Source of the DNA: Pseudomonadota bacterium
GTDB lineage: Bacteria > Bdellovibrionota_B > Oligoflexia > Oligoflexales > CAIYRB01
Length of the DNA stretch: 64,000 nt
NCBI GenBank assembly: GCA_031416315.1
Contig: JANOTL010000169.1
Coordinates: forward strand, 1-64,000
Reading direction: 5' to 3'
Position numbers and translations under genes: made by a program. Below, piece after piece: positions 28,880 through 37,981 of this stretch (within the stretch, counting starts at the first letter, position 1; every line of letters starts with the position of its first letter). The notes beneath the pieces were generated by a model, which worked only from the letters and a program-made list of their open reading frames with translations, did not search any database and was not told the DNA's origin.

Positions 28880-30173
28880 CCTTTTCCTCGCGGCTTCGAC
28901 CTTGGCCCCGCAGTCGGGCTTTCCGGTGAGCGTGCCGCTCCTCGACCTGCCTTACAACACCGAGGCGGCGTCGCAACCGTCGATGCCGCAGGCCCTGGCT
29001 CTGAGCGCCAGCTTCTACGAGGGCTCGCACTGGCTCCTCGGGCGCTTCCTCACGCCGCGTCAGGGCGGATGGAAGGGCTTTGGGCATCGGATGGCTTACT
29101 TCGGCATCGACATGGTGCTCGCCTATCTGCCGCTGGGCGATGCGTGGGCGCATGAAGAGTTCCATCGCGCGGTGATGGGCCATCGCGGCATCGAGTCGCA
29201 CAACGCGGTCTACGACTTGGACATCGGCGCCGCCACCATCCCGGTCGATCGCGTCCGGGACGCGGACCTCGTGCGGCTGAAGCGCGAGCACCCCGCCGAT
29301 ATGGTGCGGCTGCCCGCCGCCGGGATCGAGGGCCAGCTCCTGCTCACGCGCGAGTTGGAGAAGCGCACGTTTTTCGCGGCGCCGCGCGCCGATCTCCCGT
29401 ACCACGAGATCGCGATCGCCTTCGCCTACTTCAATACCTATGCGTACGTCTCGTCGGGCGCGACGAAAGACGCCGATACGCTGACCGACGAGTTGAACGC
29501 GATCGAGAAGGACGTGCCCTCGCGGGACTTCGTCGGCCACGACTTCACCAGTTGGGCCTACGACCTCTTCCGCCCCGACGAGCCGTACGAGGCGCGCGGC
29601 GTCCACCCCACCGGCGTGGGCCTCGACCGCTACCGCAAGAATCAGGACCTCACCCGAGCCGAGTCGCGCTACCTCGGCTTCATGGGCAAGCTCATGCTGC
29701 TGAACCTGGTCGACTCGTCCCTCTTCCGGCCGGAGGGCCTGGAAATCGAGGGCGGACGGGCCGCCTTCCACCTGAAGCAGTTTTTGACCTCGTTCGGCTA
29801 CGCGACCGACCTCGGGTTCTTCGTCGACGCCTACGGCTGGCCCTTCACCCTTACTCTCACGCGCTATCGCAACGAGACGCTGTCGATGCCGGGCCTCGCG
29901 CTCGAGCTCGTCGAGCTGCCGCTCGCTGGCGTGCCGTTCGTGCGCGCCGTGAGCGTCAAGGCGAGCGGCTGGCTCCAGCCGGAGCGCCAGCGTTTTCGCG
30001 ACCGCAACGCGCAACGCGGCGCCGCTGGCGGCGCGACGCTCTTTTTGCCGTTCGGCGAGCGGCGCGACCTTTTCGTCGCCGCGGAGCTGAAGACGGCCGG
30101 CTGGGTGCCGGGGAACCCGAGCCTGGATCGTGCCGAAAGTATGCAAGTCGGCGTGTCCATTTGGCTCTTTTGA
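28866..30173 (+). CDS. Hypothetical exported protein with HEXXH motif and beta-rich C-terminus
   Basis: AHEEFHRAV; amphipathic strands at the C-terminus ending VGVSIWLF. Confidence 0.7.
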   Translation: MLICSLFLAASTLAPQSGFPVSVPLLDLPYNTEAASQPSMPQALALSASFYEGSHWLLGRFLTPRQGGWKGFGHRMAYFGIDMVLAYLPLGDAWAHEEFHRAVMGHRGIESHNAVYDLDIGAATIPVDRVRDADLVRLKREHPADMVRLPAAGIEGQLLLTRELEKRTFFAAPRADLPYHEIAIAFAYFNTYAYVSSGATKDADTLTDELNAIEKDVPSRDFVGHDFTSWAYDLFRPDEPYEARGVHPTGVGLDRYRKNQDLTRAESRYLGFMGKLMLLNLVDSSLFRPEGLEIEGGRAAFHLKQFLTSFGYATDLGFFVDAYGWPFTLTLTRYRNETLSMPGLALELVELPLAGVPFVRAVSVKASGWLQPERQRFRDRNAQRGAAGGATLFLPFGERRDLFVAAELKTAGWVPGNPSLDRAESMQVGVSIWLF

Positions 30174-30251
30174 GCTAAAGCGATCTTGCTTAACGCGCCG
30201 GCGCGTTCCTGCCGATGGGACGGGCAAGCCCCGCCTCGAAAGGTCATCACC

Positions 30252-31964
30252 ATGAGACGTATCGTGCAGCGCACGCTATTCGTGTCGGCGTTCTTCCTCG
30301 TGGCCGTCGGCTGCAAGCAGCAGCAAGCGTCCGTGATCAAAGAAGACGCAGCGGCGCCCGGCGTCGCGGGTGACGACGGGCTGGCGGCATTGGTCGCCGA
30401 GCAAATCAAGAAAGAGCCGCACACCGAGGGCGGCGACACCTTCGCCGACGGCACTCCGGTGACCGCAGCCGAGGTCGAGGGCAGCGGCAGCATGGGCCTG
30501 AAGCTCAGCGACGAAGATCCCGCCCAGCGCGGCGACAGGTCCGACGGTGGCCAGACCGAAGGCGACAAAGGCAACGGCGACACGTCGGGCAAAGGCGACG
30601 GCGACGAAGGCGGACCGGTGTGGACCGCCGAACTGGTCGACGCCGTGACCGCTGAGATCGGCGGCGGCGCGGGCGCCAACCTCTCTGAAGGCGGAGGGCC
30701 GACGCTGTCGGACTCCGCGATCGCGGCCGAGGTCGGCGCCGAACGCTCTCAGGTCTACAAGGAGATCGAGGCACAGATCGAGGAGCTGAAGCGGGAGGCC
30801 GAAGGCGGCGGCAATTCCGGCGACAAAGGCGGCGACAAGACGCCGGACGAGAAGACTGCGCCTGGCGACAAGACGGCCGAAACCGACCGCGGCGGCCTCC
30901 TTCTGAACGACAGCGCGGAGATCACCCGCATCCGCGGCGAGATCGCCCGCATGGAAGAGTCCCTGCGCCGCCTCCGCCTCGCCGTGTCGTCGGTCGAGGC
31001 TCGCTCGAACCTCGTGCGCCCGCTGCGCGCGCAGCCGGACCAGATCCCCTGCGTCTTCGAGGGCGGCATCTTACGTAACGGTAAGTGCGTCTGCAGGGGC
31101 TGGGGACGCGACCTCGACAAATATGAGTTCTCGCCGCCGGCCTCCCGCCGCGTTACCTCCGACCGCGTCGGGGCCCTCCGCGCCGCGGCCGCGACCCGCC
31201 TCTGCCCGAACGTCGAGACCCGCTATTGCCACGGCTGGGCGACGCGCAGCGGGGAGTGCGGCGTGTTCGGCAAGGCCGCCGACTTTGCGCAGGGCCCGAT
31301 CGTCAAGGGCGCGAAGGTCGGCGAAGCGCAGTGCTATCGCAGCTACACGAAGATTATCAAGGACAGCAAAGACAAGATCTTCGGCAGCCCGGGCAACTGC
31401 GGCGAGCAGATCGCCTTCATGAACATGGAGTCGAACAAGGTCGAAATCTGGAAATACAACACGTCGACCGGCGACTACACCACGCAGGGCGACAGCAACG
31501 TGCGTCCGACCAACGGCGGCAACGGCCCGGCGGGCGCGGCCCTGCCGAATTCGGTCGCCGAGCTGAAGACGCTCTGCGACGGCGTCCGTGTCGGCTCGAC
31601 GAGCGCTGCCTGGATCGACGCCTCCGCGTCCTGCCGCTGCGGCAGCCGCACTCTGGATCAGAACGAGGTGCTCGCCAGCGAGACCCGCGAGACCTTCACG
31701 CGCATCTGCAAATCAACGATGGGAGGCGGCTCCGTCGCCCCGACCGGCGCGTCGACCTCGACGGCGTTTCAAACCGCTCAGCCTGCCATTCGCCGCAGCT
31801 GCAGCTGCCACGAGGCCAACCAGAACCCGAAGTTCGTCGCCAACGAGGCGGTCTTCAACTCGAACAAAGCCCGCATTCGGGCGCGGACCGACGACGGCAC
31901 GATGCCGCCGCAGGGGCGCGTGGACGATGCGACGTACCGCATCATCATGAACGCGACCCGCTGA
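30252..31964 (+). CDS. Cys-rich lipoprotein with C-terminal cytochrome c-like domain (CxCH)
   Basis: Lipobox AVGC; acidic linker, coiled coil, 4-Cys repeat, RSCSCH...GTMPP. Confidence 0.8.
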   Translation: MRRIVQRTLFVSAFFLVAVGCKQQQASVIKEDAAAPGVAGDDGLAALVAEQIKKEPHTEGGDTFADGTPVTAAEVEGSGSMGLKLSDEDPAQRGDRSDGGQTEGDKGNGDTSGKGDGDEGGPVWTAELVDAVTAEIGGGAGANLSEGGGPTLSDSAIAAEVGAERSQVYKEIEAQIEELKREAEGGGNSGDKGGDKTPDEKTAPGDKTAETDRGGLLLNDSAEITRIRGEIARMEESLRRLRLAVSSVEARSNLVRPLRAQPDQIPCVFEGGILRNGKCVCRGWGRDLDKYEFSPPASRRVTSDRVGALRAAAATRLCPNVETRYCHGWATRSGECGVFGKAADFAQGPIVKGAKVGEAQCYRSYTKIIKDSKDKIFGSPGNCGEQIAFMNMESNKVEIWKYNTSTGDYTTQGDSNVRPTNGGNGPAGAALPNSVAELKTLCDGVRVGSTSAAWIDASASCRCGSRTLDQNEVLASETRETFTRICKSTMGGGSVAPTGASTSTAFQTAQPAIRRSCSCHEANQNPKFVANEAVFNSNKARIRARTDDGTMPPQGRVDDATYRIIMNATR

Positions 31965-31975
31965 TCGGCTCGCGG

Positions 31976-32836
31976 TCAGTTGGTGCCAGCTTTAAATTGG
32001 TGCAGCTTCATCCAGACGCTGCCGATCTTGATCTCGCCCTGCACCTGGACCAGTTGCTTCTCCGGGGTGCCGGTCGCGATCCAAGCGTAGACCTCGCCCT
32101 TCTGTTGCAGGTCTTTTCCGATGAAGGTCTGCAGCTTCAATTTGACCGTGTCGAACGTTCCGGCCGGGACCGTCACCTTCTCCATTGCGACCGGCTCGGC
32201 CTCGAGCCACCAGTTCTTCTCGCTGGTGTAAACCGGCGCGCGCTCCTTCACGCCCATCTTGTAGGCGCGGTCTCTCAGGCTGAAGACGACGCCCAGGGAG
32301 TCCATGGCGCCGTAGGCAAGGTCGAAGTCCTTTTCCTCGACTTTGACGCCCGGCTTCTCCGTCTTCTCGTGGACCCTGCACTTGTCGTGGTCGAAATCGA
32401 GCCACTTTTTCTGCTGGAAGGGCTTGGAGAAGAGCTTGCCCTCGTCCTGCTCCATGTAGAACTTCGAGATGCCGCCGTCCCAGGGGCGGGAGATCGCCTC
32501 GACCTCCTCCTTGGCGACGAAGACGGCTTTGAACCAGTCGCCGGTCGAGGCCGAGAGGTGGAAGACCCGGTGCCAGTTGTCACGCCACTTCTGCGGCTTT
32601 CTGACCTCGAGGGTGCCGTAGCCCGCCTTCAGGCCGGCCCAGGAGATCTCGAAGGTCGACGACTCCCCGGCCTTGTAGGGGGAGGCTTTGTAGGTGTCCG
32701 CCCGGTCCATCTTCGGGACTTTCGGCAAGGGCGAGGGGCACACGACCTTGATGTCCTCGGCCTGGACCGCGGCTCCGCCAAAGCCTAGAGCTGCAATGGT
32801 TAGAAGCAGATGGCCGGCTTCGCGAAAGAGGTGCAT
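31976..32836 (-). CDS. DUF3108 family exported protein
   Basis: GESSTFEISWAGLKAG, EKVTVPAGTFDTVKL, IKIGSV. Confidence 0.8.
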   Translation of the reverse strand: MHLFREAGHLLLTIAALGFGGAAVQAEDIKVVCPSPLPKVPKMDRADTYKASPYKAGESSTFEISWAGLKAGYGTLEVRKPQKWRDNWHRVFHLSASTGDWFKAVFVAKEEVEAISRPWDGGISKFYMEQDEGKLFSKPFQQKKWLDFDHDKCRVHEKTEKPGVKVEEKDFDLAYGAMDSLGVVFSLRDRAYKMGVKERAPVYTSEKNWWLEAEPVAMEKVTVPAGTFDTVKLKLQTFIGKDLQQKGEVYAWIATGTPEKQLVQVQGEIKIGSVWMKLHQFKAGTN

Positions 32837-32966
32837 GCAGGGACGCTCCGGGGGTCAATCTCGTTGACTTGAAGGAAGCCTCGTGTTAACGAATTTTCCT
32901 CTTTTAACACCATTGTAGCTTCGTTGTCCTCGGTTGGGCAAAAAAGCTCGGGTTTGAGACTCACAC

Positions 32967-34733
32967 ATGCAATTGCAAGACACCAAAGTAGCGGGCCTCG
33001 GTTCGGTCAAGTGGGAAGACGAGGACTCCGACTTCAGCTTCGAAGAGAAAGCTGGAGAAGAGTTCGCGGCGATGCTCGAAGGCGCCCCCGGCGGCGGCAC
33101 GAACATCCGCGAGGGCACGATCGTCAAAGGTCGCGTCGTCCGTCTCACTGACGACATGGTCATCGTCGACATCGGTCACAAGTCCGAAGGCGAAGTGCCG
33201 ATCGGCGAGTTCATGACCCCCGAAGGCCTGAAAGTGGCCATCGGCGACGACATCGAAGTCTACCTCGACACCTTCGAGGACAACGACGGCGAATTGGTGC
33301 TCTCCCGCGAGCGCGCCGAGATGCTCCGCGCTTGGGACCGCATCTCCGATGCTTACGAAAAAGACGAGACGGTCGAAGGCACGATCATGGCCCGCGTCAA
33401 AGGCGGCCTCTCCGTCGACATCGGCGTCAAAGCCTTCCTCCCTGGCTCGCAGGTCGATCTCCGCCCCGTCAGGAACCTGGACAAGCTGATCGGCAACAAG
33501 CTCCAATTCAAGATCATCAAGTTCAACAAGAAGCGCGGCAACATCGTCCTCAGCCGCAGGATCCTCCTCGAGCGTGACCGCGAGAAGCTGCGCGCATCGA
33601 CCTTGGAGAACCTCAAGGAAGGCTCCACCCTCCGCGGCATCGTCAAGAACATCACCGACTACGGTGCGTTCATCGACTTGGGCGGCATCGACGGCCTCCT
33701 CCACATCACCGACATGTCCTGGGGCCGCATCAACCATCCGAGCCAGCTCTTCGAAGTCGGCCAGGAAGTGGACGTCAAGGTCCTCAGCTACGACGAGCAG
33801 CGTCAACGCGTCTCGCTCGGCTTCAAGCAGCTCCAGCAAGACCCGTGGCTCGCCGCCGGCGAGCGCTACCCGGTCCAGACCCGCACCAAGGGCAAGGTCG
33901 TCAGCCTCACCGACTACGGCGCCTTCGTCGAGCTCGAGAACGGCATCGAAGGCCTCATCCACGTCAGCGAGATGTCGTGGTCGAAGCGCGTCCGCCATCC
34001 GTCGAAGATCGTGCAGGTCGGTGAAGAAGTCGAAGTGGTCGTCCTGGCCCTCGACCTCGAGAATCGGCGCATCAGCCTCGGCATGAAGCAGATCGAGCCG
34101 AACCCGTGGGAGCTCGTCAAAGAGAAGTACCAGGTCGGCGACATCATCCGCGGCAAGATCCGAAACATCACCGACTTCGGCATCTTCGTCGGCATCGAAG
34201 ACGGCATCGACGGCTTGATCCACATCTCCGACATCTCCTGGACCGAGCGCATCCGTCACCCCGGCGACCTCTTCAAGAAGGGCGACGAGGTCGAGGCGAA
34301 AGTTCTCCAGATCGACGTCGAAGGCGAGAAGTTCTCCCTCGGCATCAAGCAGCTCGGCGAAGACCCGTTCTACAAGGTCGCCACCGAGTTCCGTCCGGGC
34401 ACGAAGGGCAAAGGCAAGGTCACGAAGCTCACCGACTTCGGCGCCTTCGTCGAGCTCGCCCCGGGCATCGAAGGCATGATCCACGTCTCCGAGCTGGCTG
34501 ACGAGCAAGTCAACAAGCCCGCCGACATCGTCAAAGAAGGCGACGAGGTCGACTTCGTCGTCCTCGCCACCGACGCGGACGAGCGCAAGTTCTCGCTGTC
34601 CCGCAAAGCGTTCCTCCGTGGCCTCCAGGGCGACGCGCTGCGCGAGTACATCGGCACGGTCGCCGAGCCGAAGACGGGCCTCGCCGACGCCTTTGCCAAG
34701 GCGCAGAAGAAGACGACGAAAGACGAAGAGTGA
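32967..34733 (+). CDS. rpsA: 30S ribosomal protein S1
   Basis: Six S1 repeats ([31 protein letters not shown], etc.). Confidence 0.98.
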   Translation: MQLQDTKVAGLGSVKWEDEDSDFSFEEKAGEEFAAMLEGAPGGGTNIREGTIVKGRVVRLTDDMVIVDIGHKSEGEVPIGEFMTPEGLKVAIGDDIEVYLDTFEDNDGELVLSRERAEMLRAWDRISDAYEKDETVEGTIMARVKGGLSVDIGVKAFLPGSQVDLRPVRNLDKLIGNKLQFKIIKFNKKRGNIVLSRRILLERDREKLRASTLENLKEGSTLRGIVKNITDYGAFIDLGGIDGLLHITDMSWGRINHPSQLFEVGQEVDVKVLSYDEQRQRVSLGFKQLQQDPWLAAGERYPVQTRTKGKVVSLTDYGAFVELENGIEGLIHVSEMSWSKRVRHPSKIVQVGEEVEVVVLALDLENRRISLGMKQIEPNPWELVKEKYQVGDIIRGKIRNITDFGIFVGIEDGIDGLIHISDISWTERIRHPGDLFKKGDEVEAKVLQIDVEGEKFSLGIKQLGEDPFYKVATEFRPGTKGKGKVTKLTDFGAFVELAPGIEGMIHVSELADEQVNKPADIVKEGDEVDFVVLATDADERKFSLSRKAFLRGLQGDALREYIGTVAEPKTGLADAFAKAQKKTTKDEE

Positions 34734-34759
34734 TCCCAATCTTATCCTGAGCTCCTAGC

Positions 34760-34792
34760 GACGACCGGCCCTCGGGCCGGTCGTTTGCTTTG
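34760..34792 (+). terminator. rpsA intrinsic terminator
   Basis: ACGACCGGCCC-TC-GGGCCGGTCGT followed by TTGCTTT. Confidence 0.8.
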
Positions 34793-34809
34793 CAGAGGAC
34801 ACCCGCCCC

Positions 34810-35112
34810 ATGCGCCACGCCGCCAACCTGATCAAGAACACCCTCCACAACCACGTCGCCGGCGCCTTCGCCTACTTCGCCGTCAAAAACCAGTAGCGCG
34901 TCGCGGTCGGGCTCAACCCGTTCTTCGAGCACGTGTCCTTGCCCATCTATCTCTGGATGCTCGCGTCGTTCCTCTTCGGCTCGATGTTCACCGGCGTCAT
35001 CCTCGGTCTCGAGATCTTCCAGAAATCGCGCACCATCCGGACCTTGCGCCGCGAGCAGCCGGCGCGCGCCACCCCGCCCCCGATCACCATCCCACCGGTA
35101 AAACCAACGTGA
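34810..35112 (+). pseudogene. lapA: LapA (DUF1049)-like membrane protein interrupted by an in-frame TAG at 34894-34896
   Basis: FAYFAVKNQ*RVAVGLNPFFEHVSLPIYLWMLASFLFG...SRTIRTLRRE; lies downstream of rpsA; its TGA overlaps the rsmB GTG. Confidence 0.65.
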
Positions 35113-36482
35113 CCCAGTCGTGCTCCCCCGCCCGTGAAGTTGCCTACGACGCCTACGCCCTCGTCATGGACAAAGGCGCGAACCCCGACGAGACCGTGGA
35201 CCTGCTCGCCGCCAAGATGGCGAAGCCCTTGAAGCGGCTCGACCGCAACTTCATCAAAGAGATGCTCTACGGCTCCTTGCGCTGGCACGCCAAGATCTTC
35301 TGGATCTTGCAGAACACGTCCAAGCGCGATTTGGCCGGCACCTCGCCGGAGATCAGGGCCGCGCTCGTCCTCGGCACGTATCAGATCTTCTACATGGACC
35401 GTGTGCCGGATCGCGCTGCGGTCAACGAGAGCGTCGAGTACGTGCGCAAGAAAGGCCAGGCCAACGCCGTCTCGTTCGTGAACGGCATCCTGCGCCAGAT
35501 CGCGCGTCGCGCCGAGTATTTCGCCAAGCCGGACAAGAAGCTGAAGCCGGTCGACTACCTCGCGCTGCAGTTCTCGCATCCGCACTGGCTCGTCGAGCGC
35601 TGGCACGAGCATTTCAAGTTCGACCGCCTGGAGAAGATGCTCGCGGCGAACAACCAGCCGCCGCCATGGTTCACGCGCATCAATCTGCTGAAGACGGCTC
35701 CGACCGACATGCATCTCTTTCAGACGCGCCTCTTGAAAGACGAGCGCGCGCACACGGAAAGACGGCCCCTGCGCTCTTCCCTGATCTTCAAGGAGGCGCC
35801 GTCGGTCGAGCCCGAGTCCCTCTTCGCCCAGGGCTTTTACACGATCCAAGACGAAGCCTCGCAGCTCATCGGGCACCTGGTCGACCCGCAGGAAGGTCAC
35901 GTCATCTACGACGCCTGCGCCGGCCCGGGCGGCAAGCTCTCACACATGTACGAGCTCGCCGGCGGCAAGGCGCTGATCACGGCCATCGAAAAGCACCCCG
36001 ACCAGTACGTGAAGATGCGCGAGACCATGGCGCGCCTTGGGCACGAGGTCGGCGTGACCTGGGTCGACGGCGACTTCCTCGCCTTCAAGCCGGAGGCGAA
36101 GGCCGACCGGATCCTGCTGGACGCGCCCTGCAGCGGGCTCGGCGTGCTACGGCGCCACCCGGAAGGCAAATGGCACAAGAAGGCCGAGCTGATCCGCCAC
36201 ATGGCGACGCAGCAGCGCGAGCTGATCGAACACGCGCTCACCCTCCTGAAGAAGGGCGGCGAGCTCATCTACTCGGTGTGCTCCTTTGAGCCGGAGGAGA
36301 CCGAGAAGCACCTGATTTGGATCGAAGAAAAATTCGGTGATAGAATCGAGCTCGTATCCCCCGTTCAGCGGCTTCCCGACTACTACAAGCGCTACGTTAC
36401 GCGCGAGAACGTGATGTTGATCTATGCCGGCAACCAGGACGAGCTCGACGGCTTTGGGGCATTCATCCTGAGGGCCAAGTGA
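35109..36482 (+). CDS. rsmB: 16S rRNA m5C967 methyltransferase RsmB/Sun (NusB-like N-terminal domain)
   Basis: AAVNESVE, FVNGILR, SHPHWL, IQDEAS, DACAGPGGK, LLDAPCSGLG, YSVCS. Confidence 0.93.
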   Translation: MTQSCSPAREVAYDAYALVMDKGANPDETVDLLAAKMAKPLKRLDRNFIKEMLYGSLRWHAKIFWILQNTSKRDLAGTSPEIRAALVLGTYQIFYMDRVPDRAAVNESVEYVRKKGQANAVSFVNGILRQIARRAEYFAKPDKKLKPVDYLALQFSHPHWLVERWHEHFKFDRLEKMLAANNQPPPWFTRINLLKTAPTDMHLFQTRLLKDERAHTERRPLRSSLIFKEAPSVEPESLFAQGFYTIQDEASQLIGHLVDPQEGHVIYDACAGPGGKLSHMYELAGGKALITAIEKHPDQYVKMRETMARLGHEVGVTWVDGDFLAFKPEAKADRILLDAPCSGLGVLRRHPEGKWHKKAELIRHMATQQRELIEHALTLLKKGGELIYSVCSFEPEETEKHLIWIEEKFGDRIELVSPVQRLPDYYKRYVTRENVMLIYAGNQDELDGFGAFILRAK

Positions 36483-37264
36483 ATTTGCGCAGCCTGGCGT
36501 TCGCAGCGTGTGTCGCGAGCGTGGGGAGCGTTGCGTCCGCTCAGGCGACGCCGCCTCTGGCGAATCCGGACCGAGCCGGCGATCTGAAGCCGGCGCCGGA
36601 CGCGCTCGAGACGCCGAGCGCCTCGGCGGCGCTACCTGCGGCTGCAGGTAAGCGAAATTACGGGTCTTTCTCCGAGTTGCGCGCCGAGGTCCTAGACCTG
36701 ATCTCGGCGTCGACGAAGCGCGTTTGGCTGGTGACGGACTATCTGACCGACGGCGAGACCGTGTCGGCGCTCTATGTCGCGCAGTACCGGAAGCTCGACG
36801 TAAAGGTCCTTCTCGGTCGAGCGCGCGCGAACCACTACATGTCGCGCTTGAGCTATCTGAAGAATCAAAACATCCCCGTCTTCCTTAGGCCCGAGACGGC
36901 CTTGAAGACGGCGGGTCCGACAGCGCTCCTTGTCGACGGCACCTTGGCCTTGATCGACGGCGAGCTCGACTTCTTGGCGAAGGCGAAGAGGTTCAGCCTG
37001 AGCTATGCGAGCCCGGCCGAGACGACGAGCTTCGAGTCGACTTTCGCCGTGGCCCTGAACCTGAAGATCCAGGCGGTGCCGCAGAAGATGCCTTTGGTCG
37101 GGCGCCCGAACCCGAAGGGCACGACCTTCGTCGCGCCGAAAACGCCCAACTACTCAGGGATCGACCAGACCGGTAGCTACAACTACGAGAAGAAGCCCGA
37201 GCCGCGTCCGAGCGGCGTTCCCGACAAGCTGCCCAAGACCACGAAGTGGCAGCAAAAAAAATAG
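36479..37264 (+). CDS. Exported PLD-like domain protein lacking the HKD motif
   Basis: LISASTKRVWLVTDYLTD...ALYVAQYRKLDVKVLL pattern; signal peptide. Confidence 0.55.
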   Translation: MNLRSLAFAACVASVGSVASAQATPPLANPDRAGDLKPAPDALETPSASAALPAAAGKRNYGSFSELRAEVLDLISASTKRVWLVTDYLTDGETVSALYVAQYRKLDVKVLLGRARANHYMSRLSYLKNQNIPVFLRPETALKTAGPTALLVDGTLALIDGELDFLAKAKRFSLSYASPAETTSFESTFAVALNLKIQAVPQKMPLVGRPNPKGTTFVAPKTPNYSGIDQTGSYNYEKKPEPRPSGVPDKLPKTTKWQQKK

Positions 37265-37301
37265 CGTATACTTGGTTGCACGAGGCAAGACGGAGGCGGT
37301 G

Positions 37302-37901
37302 ATGAAGCAGCGGACGTTCCCCTGGGCGCTCGTGATGTGCGCGTTGGTCCTGACGGGTTGTACGAGCATGTGCGGCACGAGCCGTGGCAGCTTGACCCCA
37401 GAGCAAGTCGTCGAGGGCTATCTCGACACGGCGCTCAACATGAAAGAAGTGAACGAGCGCGACAAGCTGATCGAGTACACGACCGGCAACTTGCGCGCGG
37501 CGATCGAGAGCGCGCCGGCCGAGACGATCAAGACGGCTTACGTCGACCGTAAGTACAAGATCCTGAACTATTCGGTCGTCGAGCGGCGCGACCGCACGCC
37601 GCGGGAAACGGAGATCACGTTCCAGCTCACGTACAACGACCTCGGTGCCGACGCGCAGGCGGCGGCCTCGAAGGACGCACCCAAGGTGACGACGGAGAAC
37701 ACGGTCTCGGTCGTGCGCGAGAAGGGCGCATGGCTGATCAAGGACGTCATGGGCAACAAGACGGCGATCGACTTCCCGGTCTCCGAAGACTCGAAGATCA
37801 CGGCGAAGCCGGGGCCGGGCATAGACGAGCCGAGCGAGACGCCGCCGGCGGCGCCGGAAGATGGCGCCGCGCCGGAAGACGACGCCGCCGCAGGCGGCTG
37901 A
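37302..37901 (+). CDS. Hypothetical lipoprotein (NTF2-like)
   Basis: Lipobox LTGC; TPEQVVEGYL...VVREKGAWLIKDV. Confidence 0.75.
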   Translation: MKQRTFPWALVMCALVLTGCTSMCGTSRGSLTPEQVVEGYLDTALNMKEVNERDKLIEYTTGNLRAAIESAPAETIKTAYVDRKYKILNYSVVERRDRTPRETEITFQLTYNDLGADAQAAASKDAPKVTTENTVSVVREKGAWLIKDVMGNKTAIDFPVSEDSKITAKPGPGIDEPSETPPAAPEDGAAPEDDAAAGG

Positions 37902-37907
37902 GTCCTC

Positions 37908-37980
37908 CCTCCGCTCTTCCGCTCCTCCGAGTCTGCACGGACCGGCCTTGCCGACCACGGAGGAGCGGAGGAACGGAAAA
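37908..37980. repeat. REP-like inverted repeat with 9-nt periodicity / bidirectional terminator
   Basis: CTCCGCTCTTCCGCTCCTCCG ... CGGAGGAGCGGAGGAACGGA between convergent genes. Confidence 0.55.
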
Positions 37981-37981
37981 G

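Noticed and set aside
32961..34739. Long antisense ORFs (592 aa opposite rpsA; also 1153-2364, 3949-5259, 60062-61306 and others)
   Set aside because: Shadow ORFs caused by high GC3 bias; the opposite strand encodes recognisable proteins.
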